From NCBI GenBank assembly GCA_965203905.1, contig CBDBDQ010000005.1, positions 5,888,001 to 5,952,000 of the forward strand: 64,000 bases of DNA, read 5' to 3'. The DNA comes from Spirochaetia bacterium. GTDB lineage: Bacteria; Spirochaetota; Spirochaetia; SZUA-6; Bin103. The notes beneath the pieces are model-generated. The model ran no database searches. It had not been told where the DNA came from and saw nothing but the letters and a program-made list of their open reading frames with translations. Every line of letters begins with the position of its first letter. Positions within the stretch are counted from its first letter, which is position 1. Shown one piece after another: positions 1 through 9,723 of the stretch. The position numbers and the translations under genes are program-made.

Positions 1-393
1 GAGGTCGTCCGGAGGATGCAGCGTGTACTTGTGATGCGCGGTGTGGCTGGCCCAGAAGTGCACATGGCTGTACCAGCCCCAGAACGCGAACACCCACAGG
101 AACACCCGGTTCAGCCACCTGGTCCTGAACACCGAATCGTGCACCAGTTCATGAAAGCCGTTCACCAGGAAGCTGCTGCAGGTGCCGTGCACCAGGAACA
201 GCAGCAGCACCAGCGGCCAGGTCAGCCTGCCCACCGACCACACGGCGACGCCTCCGGTTACCACCAGCACCGCGAGGTAGCCCAGCGTCTGGACATAGCC
301 CAGCAGGTCGTTGCGCCGGTTCAGCTCGATCAGCGTCTCCCTGCTGACCGGCGACCGGTACCAGGAGATCCGAGGCGCTCGGTGTTCACCCAC
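1..393 (-). CDS. Fatty acid desaturase family protein (MocD-like membrane di-iron enzyme), 3' end runs off window
   Basis: Not in ORF track. Manual translation from GTG 393: ISWYRSPV...hydrophobic segments...HELVH...HTAHHKYT, i.e. histidine boxes 1 and 2 of membrane desaturases; frame open to base 1. Confidence 0.85.
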   Translation of the reverse strand, partial: MGEHRAPRISWYRSPVSRETLIELNRRNDLLGYVQTLGYLAVLVVTGGVAVWSVGRLTWPLVLLLFLVHGTCSSFLVNGFHELVHDSVFRTRWLNRVFLWVFAFWGWYSHVHFWASHTAHHKYTLHPPDDL

Positions 394-458
394 GGGGTTA
401 AACCTATCATTTCCGGTTCTGGCTGTGCCATCGTACAGTCCGCACAGGAGGTGACAGC

Positions 459-1448
459 ATGCGATACCTGGTTCTGGGCGCCGGCGCGATCGGAGGGACG
501 CTCGGCGGCCATCTGTATCGCGCCGGGCGCGAGGTGGTGCTGATCTCACGTCCCGCCCACGTGGCGGCGATTCGGGCCGGAGGTCTGCGCCTGGTCACCG
601 GCGACGGCGACTACCGGATCGACGTGCCGGCGGTCGACTCGGTGGCCGCGGCAACGCCGTTCAGCGGCGAGGACGTGGTGCTGCTCACCTGCAAGGCACA
701 GCACACGGTTGCGGCCCTGGGCGAGCTGCGCGCGGCGGGGGCGTCGCCCACCCTCCCCATCGTCTGCTGTCAGAACGCCATCTGGAACGAGTCCCACGCG
801 CAACGGGTGTTTTCCAGCGTCTACGGCGCCGTGGTGTTCGTCCCGGGGTTCTTTCTCGACCCCGGCGAGGTGATCAACGCGCGCGTCGGCCACTACGGCT
901 ACCTCGAGGTGGGCCGCTACCCCGCGGGTACCGACGCGCTCTGCGCCACCCTGGTGGAGGACCTCGCAGCCGCCGGCTTCGCCGCCGCAGTGAACGGGGC
1001 CGTGATGCGCGCCAAGGGCGCCAAGTGCCTGGGCAACCTGGCCAACGCCGTCGCCGCCATCACCGGCAGCCAGCGCGGCGCCGAAGCCTTCATGGCGCGC
1101 GCCCGCGACGAGGCGCGTCGGGTGTGGCGGGCCGCCGGCATCGACTTCGAGGAGAGCGAGGAGTTCGACGTCCGCCGCAAGGAGCGCTATCTCGGGAGCG
1201 ACCGCTGGCCCCGGGACCACGGCCCGCCGCGCCAGGGCGGATCGTCGTGGCAGAGCCTGCTGCGCGGCGCCGGCAGCATCGAGAGCGAGTTCCTCAACGG
1301 CGAGGTGGTGCGGCTCGGGCGCCTGCTCGGCATTCCCGCGCCCTGCAACGAGGTGCTGTGGCGGCGAGCGGAAGAGATGGCCCGCGACGGCAGCTCACCG
1401 GGCCGCTACTCCATCGCCGAGCTCACCCGCCAAGCCGAATCAGGTTGA
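459..1448 (+). CDS. Ketopantoate reductase (PanE/ApbA) family oxidoreductase
   Basis: N-terminal GAGAIGG Rossmann motif, LTCKAQ, CCQNA, K..N, SSWQSL..G..E.EFLNGEVV. Confidence 0.85.
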   Translation: MRYLVLGAGAIGGTLGGHLYRAGREVVLISRPAHVAAIRAGGLRLVTGDGDYRIDVPAVDSVAAATPFSGEDVVLLTCKAQHTVAALGELRAAGASPTLPIVCCQNAIWNESHAQRVFSSVYGAVVFVPGFFLDPGEVINARVGHYGYLEVGRYPAGTDALCATLVEDLAAAGFAAAVNGAVMRAKGAKCLGNLANAVAAITGSQRGAEAFMARARDEARRVWRAAGIDFEESEEFDVRRKERYLGSDRWPRDHGPPRQGGSSWQSLLRGAGSIESEFLNGEVVRLGRLLGIPAPCNEVLWRRAEEMARDGSSPGRYSIAELTRQAESG

Positions 1449-1456
1449 TGCTTCGG

Positions 1457-1837
1457 TCAGGGGTCGTCAACGCGGAACTGCCATCCGCGGGCTACTGCAC
1501 AGTCTCTGAGTGACGACGACTTGCGCTTGATCTGATTCGTACCGAACTTGCTGAAATCGATGAGTATGTGCTCCAGAAAGGTCTGTGGATCAGGGAGGAC
1601 GGGAAGGTCTTGGGCGCTACATTCGAGCACGGTAACGGCAAGCACTCCGAGCGGCGGATTCTGGTCCTCGCGGGTGTAGTGAGAGCAAGCGTCCTGTGGA
1701 GTGATCTGGTCTCCGTCGTATACCGAGAGTTGCTTGTTATCGCTTGGTCTGGGACGGAAGGCCTGGGAAGATACTGTCCCCGACTGCACCCACATCGTGG
1801 CACTGATGACGCGGTGGAGCAGCGTCTCCTCGTTCAC
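1457..1837 (-). CDS. Hypothetical 126-aa protein, possible ADP-ribosyltransferase-like fold
   Basis: GTG start overlaps upstream stop; lower GC; motif order LHR...SSQAF...LSVY...EHILI resembles small ART-fold proteins (inference). Confidence 0.7.
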   Translation of the reverse strand: MNEETLLHRVISATMWVQSGTVSSQAFRPRPSDNKQLSVYDGDQITPQDACSHYTREDQNPPLGVLAVTVLECSAQDLPVLPDPQTFLEHILIDFSKFGTNQIKRKSSSLRDCAVARGWQFRVDDP

Positions 1838-2958
1838 TTAGCGAGCTCGGCCAACTGACTGATCTTGTCGACAAGCCACGACCATCCCTGGTTCGCATCA
1901 AGACTCAGGGAGCGTGTTTCCTCCTGCGAGTAGCCCCTTTCGTACGATAGCCACTCAGCCTGCCGCGTGGCGAGGTCGATTTCGAGGGTGACTGATTGGA
2001 CCCCTATCGACCACTCCATTTCGATTCCTCCCGTGGGCGTGGGAAACGTATGGGGTAGTGGAAGTTCATCTGGATAGTACTGATCAAAGCTCACTGCTAA
2101 CCAGTCCAGTTGATCATGTTGCGGGGCGACTCCGTCGCCGTCCAACCAGCCCGCCTTCATTCCGCGGAACTCTTCGAGCCGCGCCGGAACGTCGAGCGGA
2201 TCCAGCAGAGCAGTGTGTTCAACGGACTGAACGCGGACCAAGCGATCCTGCCGATCGTACCTGCCAAGCCCTTGTATCAGGACCTTGGTGGCGTCCCTGT
2301 AGCCGTTGAAAGCCTCCATAATCGCATCAAGATGCTGATCAGATACCACACCTGTGACCTTGCGTCCTCCGGCCATCTGCAATTCGAAGGTCATTCGGTC
2401 CTGATCAAGTTCCGGAATCAATCCACGAACCCGTATCTCAGCCGTCAGCTCTTTGATTCGTGATGACGCCAAGACCAGTCTTCGACGAGATTCTCGGGTG
2501 AGTCGTGTTACGCTCGTGCGTGACGGTGTAGTGAACTCGATCGACTCACCAGCGCGCAGACTTCGGCCAATTCTGTCAAAGTATCCCAGACACTTCTCGG
2601 GGAGATAGTCGACGACCGACTGGTTCTGTTCTGCCGCAGCAATGGCTCCAACAATCGCTTCGCGAGCGTGTTCAAAATAGCCTTGGAACGGAGGCGGTAT
2701 CTCAGGTAGCGTAGGAACAGCGGATTCCACACTGATCACTGGGATCGCGCTGCCGTCCTGAAGCCCGGTGAGTTTGAATGAAACGCTATCAGCGAGCCCC
2801 TTTGGCGAGCGAGTACGGCCAGGGTTATGCTTCAGGAAACACCACTTGGCGACTTCAATCGCCATCTCTCCGAGACCGGCAAGATCACCAAGAACATCTA
2901 GCGGGATGGCGCCCCCTTCGAAACGACGCCCCCGTAGACGCGGCCGTAAGAACTCCAT
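1834..2958 (-). CDS. Hypothetical ~374-aa multidomain protein, partner of the downstream small ORF
   Basis: ATG 2958 (GTG 2967 alternative) with upstream TACAAT; lower GC; central beta-rich OB-like segment and C-terminal GWLDGDG..P...PTPTGGIEMEW domain. Confidence 0.8.
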   Translation of the reverse strand: MEFLRPRLRGRRFEGGAIPLDVLGDLAGLGEMAIEVAKWCFLKHNPGRTRSPKGLADSVSFKLTGLQDGSAIPVISVESAVPTLPEIPPPFQGYFEHAREAIVGAIAAAEQNQSVVDYLPEKCLGYFDRIGRSLRAGESIEFTTPSRTSVTRLTRESRRRLVLASSRIKELTAEIRVRGLIPELDQDRMTFELQMAGGRKVTGVVSDQHLDAIMEAFNGYRDATKVLIQGLGRYDRQDRLVRVQSVEHTALLDPLDVPARLEEFRGMKAGWLDGDGVAPQHDQLDWLAVSFDQYYPDELPLPHTFPTPTGGIEMEWSIGVQSVTLEIDLATRQAEWLSYERGYSQEETRSLSLDANQGWSWLVDKISQLAELAK

Positions 2959-2988
2959 GCCTGGCACTTCGTCCCCCGTTCTACTCCT

Positions 2989-2994
2989 ATTGTA
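2989..2994 (-). promoter_or_regulatory. Putative -10 element (TACAAT) for the 2958-1457 cassette
   Basis: attgta on + strand, 30 nt upstream of the ATG; no clear -35. Confidence 0.4.
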
Positions 2995-3048
2995 CCGTAA
3001 TCAACGCACGTAGAGCAGTTTCACGATACATCAGCGGGCTGATCCGAT

Positions 3049-3084
3049 GTTGCGAGGCCGTTCCACGCGGAACGGCCTCGCAAC
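3049..3084 (-). terminator. Stem-loop downstream of the carbohydrate SBP gene (terminator or stabilising hairpin)
   Basis: Perfect 16-bp inverted repeat gttgcgaggccgttcc-acgc-ggaacggcctcgcaac, 25 nt after the stop; no clear U-tract. Confidence 0.7.
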
Positions 3085-3109
3085 GGAAGAAAGAGTGACG
3101 GACGGTCAG

Positions 3110-4750
3110 CTACTGCAGCGCGGCTGCGGCGTCCATCGCCGCCTGGAAGGTGTCCACGTACTCCTGGACGCCCAGGGCATCCAGGCCGGCAACGTAGCCA
3201 TCCCAATCGTTGTCCAGATCCTTCTGGCCGGTGATGAATGCGGCCATGTTCTGGCGCACGTAGGTCTGCACCTCGGCCTGGATCTGGGCGATCCGCTGTG
3301 CGACGTCCTCCGGGAAGTAGAGACCGCCCGAAGTGCCGCGGCCGATCGGCACGCGCATGTCCGGCGCCGGCACGTGCGGGATGTACTTGTCGCTCTCCAG
3401 GACCAGGAACCGCTCATAACCCTCGACCTTGGTGATGTCCTGATCGGCCACCCAGCCGTTGAACAGGTCGAAGTGCCAGAAGATCAGCTCCATCATCCAG
3501 GCGTCCTGGCGCGGCGTGTCGCCCCAGGCATGGGGGGCACCCCACACGATGCCCGGCTGGCCGTTCAGGCCGAGCTCGCCCTCCCGGGCATAGCGCCAGT
3601 TGACGACGCCCTCGGAGTTCTCCTGGATGCCCCAGATCTCCATGATCGTGCCTTCCTCGGTATACGCCCAGTTGGCCATCTCCATCGCCTTGCGTGCCTG
3701 GGCGTCGTTCGCCTTGTCGGTGATGGCGAACTTGCCCCGGTCAACGCCGGACGGCCAGTAGGCGGTCTGCCGCAGACCGGTGGGACCCATCAGCGGCGGT
3801 ACCGCCCGGTACTGCGGCCACAGGTCGTCGTTGCGCGGGAGCATGCGGTTGTGGCCCGCGGTGTAGGAACCCACCACGTAGGGCTCGGTGTTGGTCACCG
3901 CGCGCGCGGCATCGAGGTTCTGGGTGAACGCCTGCGGGTCGATCAGACCCTGCGCGTACAGGCCGCGCATGTAGCGCAGGCCGTCACGCCACTCCGGCTT
4001 GTTGGCGTTGAAGTCCACTTCCTTGTTGTGGTTCATGTACAGGTAGCTGGAACCGTCGTTGTAGATGAACGGGTTCATCGGGTAGTCGTAGACGTCCGCG
4101 GACCAGGTGCCGGTGGCGCCGGTCAACGGAATCTCGTCCGCCTCGCCGTTGCCGTTCGGGTCCTGATCCTTGAATGCCAGCAGCACCGCCTCCAGGTCTT
4201 CGGTGGTGTCCGGCATCTGCAGCCCCAGCGTGTCCAGCCAGGTGGTGTTCATCCACAGCTTCTGCCGCACCGAGCAGTGGTAGCACTCCTCGAAGTGGGG
4301 CAGCGTATAGATGTTGCCGTCCGGGGTGGTGATCTCGGGCCGGAAGTACGGTTTGAACTCGAATGCCGCCAGAATGTCCGGGGCCTGGGCGATCAGGTCG
4401 TTCAACGGTTGCAGGACGCCCTGGCCGCCGTAGCGCATCTGGTCGGCGTTGGTGAAGTGGCCCGACCAGAAGATCTCCGGATAGTCACCGGATGCCAACA
4501 GCAGGCTCTGCTTCTGCTGCGCCTCCTGGCTCGGCACCGCCACCCATTCGATCTTCACGCCGAATTTCTCTTCCATCCAGGCGGTGTACTCGTTCTCCGG
4601 CGAATCCAGGGTAATGATGCGCGGATTCAGTCGGCCGAACATGGTGAGCGGGACCGCGTCGCCCGCGGCCGCTCCCTCGCCCTCGCCCGCGGCGAAGGCC
4701 AATGTGCCGGCCAACAGCAGTACGGCCAGCGTCAATAGAGTCTTTCTCAC
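3110..4750 (-). CDS. Carbohydrate ABC transporter extracellular solute-binding protein (LplA-like)
   Basis: GTG 4750 after AGGAGG RBS; signal peptide MRKTLLTLAVLLLAGTLAFAAGEGE; LLASGDYPE, TPDGNIY.LP, FKDQDPNGNG.ADEIP motifs. Confidence 0.92.
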   Translation of the reverse strand: MRKTLLTLAVLLLAGTLAFAAGEGEGAAAGDAVPLTMFGRLNPRIITLDSPENEYTAWMEEKFGVKIEWVAVPSQEAQQKQSLLLASGDYPEIFWSGHFTNADQMRYGGQGVLQPLNDLIAQAPDILAAFEFKPYFRPEITTPDGNIYTLPHFEECYHCSVRQKLWMNTTWLDTLGLQMPDTTEDLEAVLLAFKDQDPNGNGEADEIPLTGATGTWSADVYDYPMNPFIYNDGSSYLYMNHNKEVDFNANKPEWRDGLRYMRGLYAQGLIDPQAFTQNLDAARAVTNTEPYVVGSYTAGHNRMLPRNDDLWPQYRAVPPLMGPTGLRQTAYWPSGVDRGKFAITDKANDAQARKAMEMANWAYTEEGTIMEIWGIQENSEGVVNWRYAREGELGLNGQPGIVWGAPHAWGDTPRQDAWMMELIFWHFDLFNGWVADQDITKVEGYERFLVLESDKYIPHVPAPDMRVPIGRGTSGGLYFPEDVAQRIAQIQAEVQTYVRQNMAAFITGQKDLDNDWDGYVAGLDALGVQEYVDTFQAAMDAAAALQ

Positions 4751-4812
4751 TTGGAAAGCTCCTCCTTGATAAGTGTTTTCCCGGTGCAACGCACCGTGGT
4801 GGAATCCATGGT

Positions 4813-5733
4813 TTAACCCTTCAGCGACCCGATCATCACGCCCTTTACGAAGTGCTTCTGAGCAAATGGATAGAGTACCATTACGGGCACGCTGGCGATC
4901 ACGATGACCGCGTACTTGAGGATGTCGACCAGGCCCTCGCGGGCGATCTCCTGACTGGCGCGCATGGTGGCGCGGGCAGCGTCGTTGAGAATCAGCACGT
5001 TGCGCAGGATGATCTGCAGCGGAAACAAGTCGGTATCGTGCAGGTAGACCAGCGCATCGAAGTAGGCGTTCCAATGCCCCACGGCGTACATCAGGATCAA
5101 CACCGCGATGATCGGCTTCGACAGCGGCAACACCACCGACCACACGAAGCCCAGGTCGCTGCAGCCGTCGATGTCCGCCGCCTCCACCAGTTCATCGGCA
5201 ATGGTGGACTGGAAGAAGGTTCGTGCGATGATCACCTGCCACACCGCCAGCGCCTGCGGCAGCACCATCGCCAGGCGCGTGTTGAGAATGCCCACGGCGC
5301 GTACCGTCAGGTAGGTGGGGATCAGGCCGCCGTAGAACATGAGCGTGAACACCAGTCCCATCATGATCACCTTGCGGCCGTAGAAGTCGCGCCGCGACAA
5401 CGGGTAGGCGATCAGGATGGTCATCGTGACATTGGTCAGCGTCCCGAAGGTGGTGTAGATGATGCTGTTCTGAAAGCCGCGCAGGATCTGCGGGTACGCG
5501 AACGCCGTCCGATACCCGTGCAACGTCGGCTCGACCGGCAGCAGCCACACCTTGCCGGTGGTCACCGCGCGGCCGGAACTGAACGAGGAGCTGATTACGT
5601 AGATGAGCGGATACAGCACCACGAGCAGGATGATGGTGAGAAACGCGATAACGAAAACCAGGAACACCCGGTCGCCGAACGACTCCCGGATGCGGGTGCC
5701 CGGCAGCGGCGTCGCGGCGGATGCGGTTACCAC
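4813..5733 (-). CDS. Carbohydrate ABC transporter permease (MalG/YtcP-like)
   Basis: GTG 5733 overlaps upstream stop; EAA loop ELVEAADIDG, GGLIPTY, WNAYF, YPFAQKHFVKGVMIGSLKG. Confidence 0.92.
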   Translation of the reverse strand: MVTASAATPLPGTRIRESFGDRVFLVFVIAFLTIILLVVLYPLIYVISSSFSSGRAVTTGKVWLLPVEPTLHGYRTAFAYPQILRGFQNSIIYTTFGTLTNVTMTILIAYPLSRRDFYGRKVIMMGLVFTLMFYGGLIPTYLTVRAVGILNTRLAMVLPQALAVWQVIIARTFFQSTIADELVEAADIDGCSDLGFVWSVVLPLSKPIIAVLILMYAVGHWNAYFDALVYLHDTDLFPLQIILRNVLILNDAARATMRASQEIAREGLVDILKYAVIVIASVPVMVLYPFAQKHFVKGVMIGSLKG

Positions 5734-6698
5734 AGGCTGTGCTCCGAGACGCGCCGCGCAATGGCGTTGATGGCAATGATGAGGGTGAAGTTGATCACCG
5801 AGTTGAACAGGCCGACCGCGGCGCCGAAGCTGAAGCTGGCGTTGATCAGGCCGATCTTGTAGACGTAGGTGGCGATCACCTCGGAGTTGGGCAGGTTGAG
5901 CGGGTTCTGCAGCAGGAACACCTTCTCGAAGCCGAGGTTCATCACCTCCCCCGATTGCAGGATCAGCAGGATGACGATCGTCGGCAGAATGCCGGTCAGG
6001 TCGATGTGGCGGATCTTCTGCAGGCGCGAGGCGCCGTCGATGCGCGCCGCCTCGTACAGCTCCGGGTTGATGCCGGCCAGCGCGGCCATGTAGATGATGG
6101 CACCGAACCCGGAGCGCTGCCAGATCTCCGAGAACACGTAGATCCACGGAAACGCGACCGAAATGCCCATGAAGTCGACGGGATCCATACCCAGGAGGCG
6201 CGCCAGGTTGCCGGTGAATCCGACCCGTGGGTTGAGGAACAGGATGATCATCGACGCCATCACCACGGTGGAGATGAAGTGCGGGAAATAGGTGACCATC
6301 TGCACCGAGCGCTTGAACGTGCCGTTGCGGATCTCGTTGAGCGCCAGCGCCAGGATGATCGGCGACACGAAGCCGAGGGTCATCACCAGCACGTTGATCG
6401 ACACCACGTTGCGGATCAGCGGGACGAAGTTGGGGGACTTGAAGAACAGCAGGAAGTGTTCCAGTCCCACCCACTCGCTGCCCCAGATGCCCTGCACCGG
6501 CGAGTAGTCGCGGAACGCGATCTGGGCTCCCACCATCGGGATGTACTTGAAGATGATGATGTAGGTCAGGGGAAGCGCCACCATCAGGTAGTACTGCCAA
6601 TGGCGGCGGATCTTGATCCACGGCGTACTCCGTCGGGCCCGGGAGTGCGCCGCCGCGGGCTCCACGCGCACGGAGCCCGCCGTTTCGACGTTGCCCAT
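5727..6698 (-). CDS. Carbohydrate ABC transporter permease (LplB-like)
   Basis: GGAGG RBS; SEWVGLEHF, PHFISTVV, ELYEAARIDGASR. Confidence 0.92.
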   Translation of the reverse strand: MGNVETAGSVRVEPAAAHSRARRSTPWIKIRRHWQYYLMVALPLTYIIIFKYIPMVGAQIAFRDYSPVQGIWGSEWVGLEHFLLFFKSPNFVPLIRNVVSINVLVMTLGFVSPIILALALNEIRNGTFKRSVQMVTYFPHFISTVVMASMIILFLNPRVGFTGNLARLLGMDPVDFMGISVAFPWIYVFSEIWQRSGFGAIIYMAALAGINPELYEAARIDGASRLQKIRHIDLTGILPTIVILLILQSGEVMNLGFEKVFLLQNPLNLPNSEVIATYVYKIGLINASFSFGAAVGLFNSVINFTLIIAINAIARRVSEHSLW

Positions 6699-6794
6699 CA
6701 AACCTCCGTTTGGGTTATCGATTGGTGATGAGGATGGGGTGAATCCCTCTATATATACAGATCCTGCGGGCTGCTGTCGACCCCCGGCGCGGGT

Positions 6795-7829
6795 TCAGTC
6801 GGCGAAGGTGCGCAGGGAGAGCTGGCGCTGCAGATGACACGCCACCAGGTGCGACTCGCCTTCGGTGGTCGTCGCCTCCACCAGCTCCGGTTCCTCCACG
6901 CTGCAGCGCGGTTCGCGGTAAGGACAGCGCGTATGGAACGGACAGCCGGTGGGTCGCGTCCCGTAGGAGGGACTCTCGCCGGGCTTGACCAGGTGCAGCT
7001 TGCGCGCGGTGGGATCGGGATTGGGCGACGAGGTGAGCAGCAGCTCGGTGTAGGGGTGCTTCGGATGGGCGAAGATCTCGGCGCGGCTGGCCAGCTCCAC
7101 GATGCGCCCCAGGTACATGATCGCCACCCGGTCGCTCAGGTAGCGCACCACCGCCAGGTTGTGGGCGATGAACAGGTAGCTCATGGCGCGCCGCTCCTGC
7201 AGGCTGCGCATCAGGTTCAGGATCTGCGCCTGCACCGACACGTCGAGCGCCGAGACCGGCTCGTCGGCGATCACCACCCGCGGCTCCAGGATGAACGCGC
7301 GCGCGAACGCCAGCCGCTGCCGCTGCCCGCCCGAGAAGGAGTGCGGGTAGCGGTTCATGTAGACCGGGTCGAGTTGCACCAGGCGCAACATCGCCGCCAC
7401 CCGCTCCTTGAGCTCGGCGCCGCCCTGCGCCAGACGGTTGTTGATCAGCGGCTCGCCGACGATGCGCAGCACGGTCATGCGCGCGTTGAGCGATGCGAAC
7501 GGGTCCTGGAACACCACCCGCACCGCGCGCCGCAGCGCCCGCAGCTCCTCCGCCTCCATCCTGACAATGTCGCGCGCCGGCGCGTCGGGCTCCGCCGTGT
7601 ACCAGATCCGGCCGGCGGTCGGCTCCTCGCTGCGCACCAGGCACAGGCCGGTGGTGGTCTTGCCGCAACCGCTCTCGCCCACCAGCGCCAGCGTCTCGCC
7701 GCGCCCCAGCTCGAACGAGATCCGGTCCACCGCGCGCACCTCGCCCTGGCGGCGGCGCAGCAGCCCCGTCTCCTTGAGGTAGGTCTTGCTGAGCCGCTCG
7801 GCGGCGATGATCGGCCGGTCGTGGATCAC
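6795..7829 (-). CDS. Oligopeptide/dipeptide ABC transporter ATP-binding protein (OppF/DppF-like)
   Basis: Walker A GESGCGKT, VFQDP, FSGGQRQR, ADEPVSALD, HPYT and C-terminal GCPFHTRC. Confidence 0.93.
   Translation of the reverse strand: MIHDRPIIAAERLSKTYLKETGLLRRRQGEVRAVDRISFELGRGETLALVGESGCGKTTTGLCLVRSEEPTAGRIWYTAEPDAPARDIVRMEAEELRALRRAVRVVFQDPFASLNARMTVLRIVGEPLINNRLAQGGAELKERVAAMLRLVQLDPVYMNRYPHSFSGGQRQRLAFARAFILEPRVVIADEPVSALDVSVQAQILNLMRSLQERRAMSYLFIAHNLAVVRYLSDRVAIMYLGRIVELASRAEIFAHPKHPYTELLLTSSPNPDPTARKLHLVKPGESPSYGTRPTGCPFHTRCPYREPRCSVEEPELVEATTTEGESHLVACHLQRQLSLRTFAD
7802..7818. repeat. 17-bp direct repeat, copy 1 (cggcgatgatcggccgg)
   Basis: Identical to 10233-10249; lies in the first codons (RPIIA) of the OppF-like gene. 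Confidence 0.85.
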
Positions 7830-7853
7830 AACGATCGAGCGGCGGCCCTCGTG

Positions 7854-8178
7854 CTACGCCACCGCATCGCAGAACACCATCTCCCAGCCGTGAAACGCAG
7901 GGTGACGTAGCGGCTGCGTTCCGCCGTAGGACGGCGCCCGATGTCGGTGCCGGCGAACCGTGGCGTCGAAGTCGTTCGCCCAAAACGGTCGTAGTAGTTC
8001 TCCAGCAGCGACACCCACAGCGACTTGCCGAACCGCCGCGGGCGGATGAGGAATGCGAAGCGCTCCTGCTCCAGGCGCCGCAGGAAGCGGGCCTTGTCGA
8101 CGTACAGCCACCGGTTCAGGCGAATGCGCCCGAAGTCGCCCTCGCCGGAGGGAAGCGCGGGTAAGCGGTGTCGTCCAC
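7854..8178 (-). pseudogene. AAA-ATPase-like / PD-(D/E)XK family pseudogene (frameshifted, large internal deletion)
   Basis: GEGDF..IR...LYVDK...RPRRFGKSL (Walker A of this family)...F.GTDIG..PT.ERSRY..LRF, joined in another frame to FHGWEMVFCDAVA*, which resembles the family C-terminus; ~325 bp remain. Confidence 0.8.
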
Positions 8179-8433
8179 TGCCGAACCTTGCCGGAATCAC
8201 TGTACCGCGTTCGCACCGGCCCCTCAAACGCTCGGCCGGCGACGGGACGAAGGAACGTGAGACGACCTCTGCACGGTATGCCATCGCACGGACATCGGCG
8301 TCGAGAAGTCACGGACTCCATGGATTCCATCACCCTTCGGGCGCCGGCGCCAGACCGTCGAGGTCGAATCGCGAAGCGATCGACCTGTGCGCCCGAACGG
8401 TGAACACGCGGACACCAGTCACAGGCGAACCGC

Positions 8434-9723
8434 TCAACTGAGAGTATGGCACGCCCCACGAATGCGGTTCCGGTTGCGAATCTGGTCCTCGATCACGTAG
8501 GATGAAACGTTGAATCCGTCCGCTATTTCGTCCGCGTCGTAACCGTCCTCCCACATATCCACGACACTTCCGACCGGAGCAAGGAACTCCGCGGCAAACG
8601 CGCGGCCGGTCGCCTGCCGTTCGGCGTGATGGAGATCGTTTATCACCGACCGCGGAGTGTCGCGAAAGCATACGGCGTCGCCGACTGCCCGAGCGAACGC
8701 GAAATTGTTGGACCTCGTGCCGCCGTCCGCGGATTTGCTGTCCCGCCGATGGTCGCGCAGATGGATTCGGGTTCCGCCGTCAGGACGCGATACCAGCGCC
8801 CGCACACCGCGGAACAACTTGGCGGGCGCGAACGTTGCACCGCCCAGTTTTCTGGCAAGGATCGCGTGCGATGCGAAGCGGTGGTCCGACCCGATGCCCA
8901 AGGCGTCGCGGAACGCGCGAGCCGCTCGGTAACCTGCCGACCACGGACGATCATCCCGATGCTGTCGGATCATGGGTGCAATTTGACTGGCGACGTGAGC
9001 GAGCTCCGGTAGGCTCGATTGCGCTGCCGGCCGGGACTCTACCTGATCCACAAAGTCCGTCACCGTCACCGACCGTTCCTTCCTCGTGAGACCGGCCAGG
9101 AACTCGATCAGAGGTTCTTTCGAGAATACGCTGCCGGCCCGCTCGATGAATAGGGCTTCATCCTCTGCAATGGCGTACGGATCCAACCCCAAGGCTCCTG
9201 CCGCCTCGCAGAAAGCCTGCTCATCGGGATCGTTGCGAGATCCCGCAACACGCGACCAACACAGGGCGACTTCACTGTTCCGAACCCCCTCACCGGCAAG
9301 CCTGTCTACGACGTTCTCGATGAAGCGGGACAGTGTGGACTCGGCCGCCCCTCTCGGAAGCGTCTCATCTCCGGCGAACGGGAAGCGCAGGTGGGGGTTC
9401 TCGCTGTAGAAGGTCCTTCCCGTGACCTCGAACGTCGAGCCGTCGGCCCTGAAGCTCAGATCGGGAAGTGCGAATCCAGTCCGGTAGCGTTGTATGCGAT
9501 ATTCGCGGTCGCGACCGCCGAAAATACGCCACCAGTCGTTCGCGAGGCCTTCGGCAAGGTGGACGGCGGGCACGATGAGTGGCTCCGTGTCGTCGTTGGA
9601 CACGAAGTCGACAAACCGGCAGGCGTTCTGGTCCGAGACGTAGATCCGCAGATCGCACAGCGTCGCGCGTTCCTCAGCCGCGCGATTCAAACCGCCGTCA
9701 ATCCAATCTACGGAAAACCTCAT
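8434..9723 (-). CDS. ImmA/IrrE (metallopeptidase)-like protein with degenerate metal-binding motif
   Basis: NNFAFARAVGD sits where RFTLAHELGH is expected, followed by ERQATGRAFAAEFLAP and HTH-like EIADGFNVS; ATG 9723 (GTG 9732 alternative). Confidence 0.75.
   Translation of the reverse strand: MRFSVDWIDGGLNRAAEERATLCDLRIYVSDQNACRFVDFVSNDDTEPLIVPAVHLAEGLANDWWRIFGGRDREYRIQRYRTGFALPDLSFRADGSTFEVTGRTFYSENPHLRFPFAGDETLPRGAAESTLSRFIENVVDRLAGEGVRNSEVALCWSRVAGSRNDPDEQAFCEAAGALGLDPYAIAEDEALFIERAGSVFSKEPLIEFLAGLTRKERSVTVTDFVDQVESRPAAQSSLPELAHVASQIAPMIRQHRDDRPWSAGYRAARAFRDALGIGSDHRFASHAILARKLGGATFAPAKLFRGVRALVSRPDGGTRIHLRDHRRDSKSADGGTRSNNFAFARAVGDAVCFRDTPRSVINDLHHAERQATGRAFAAEFLAPVGSVVDMWEDGYDADEIADGFNVSSYVIEDQIRNRNRIRGACHTLS

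Noticed and set aside
16-543. 175-aa plus-strand ORF rich in H/Q/P
   Set aside because: Antisense shadow of the minus-strand desaturase gene (1-393).
3011-3044. TAGAGCAGTTTC resembling a MITE/IS630-type end, plus a small hairpin
   Set aside because: No matching second end found nearby; not enough to call an element.
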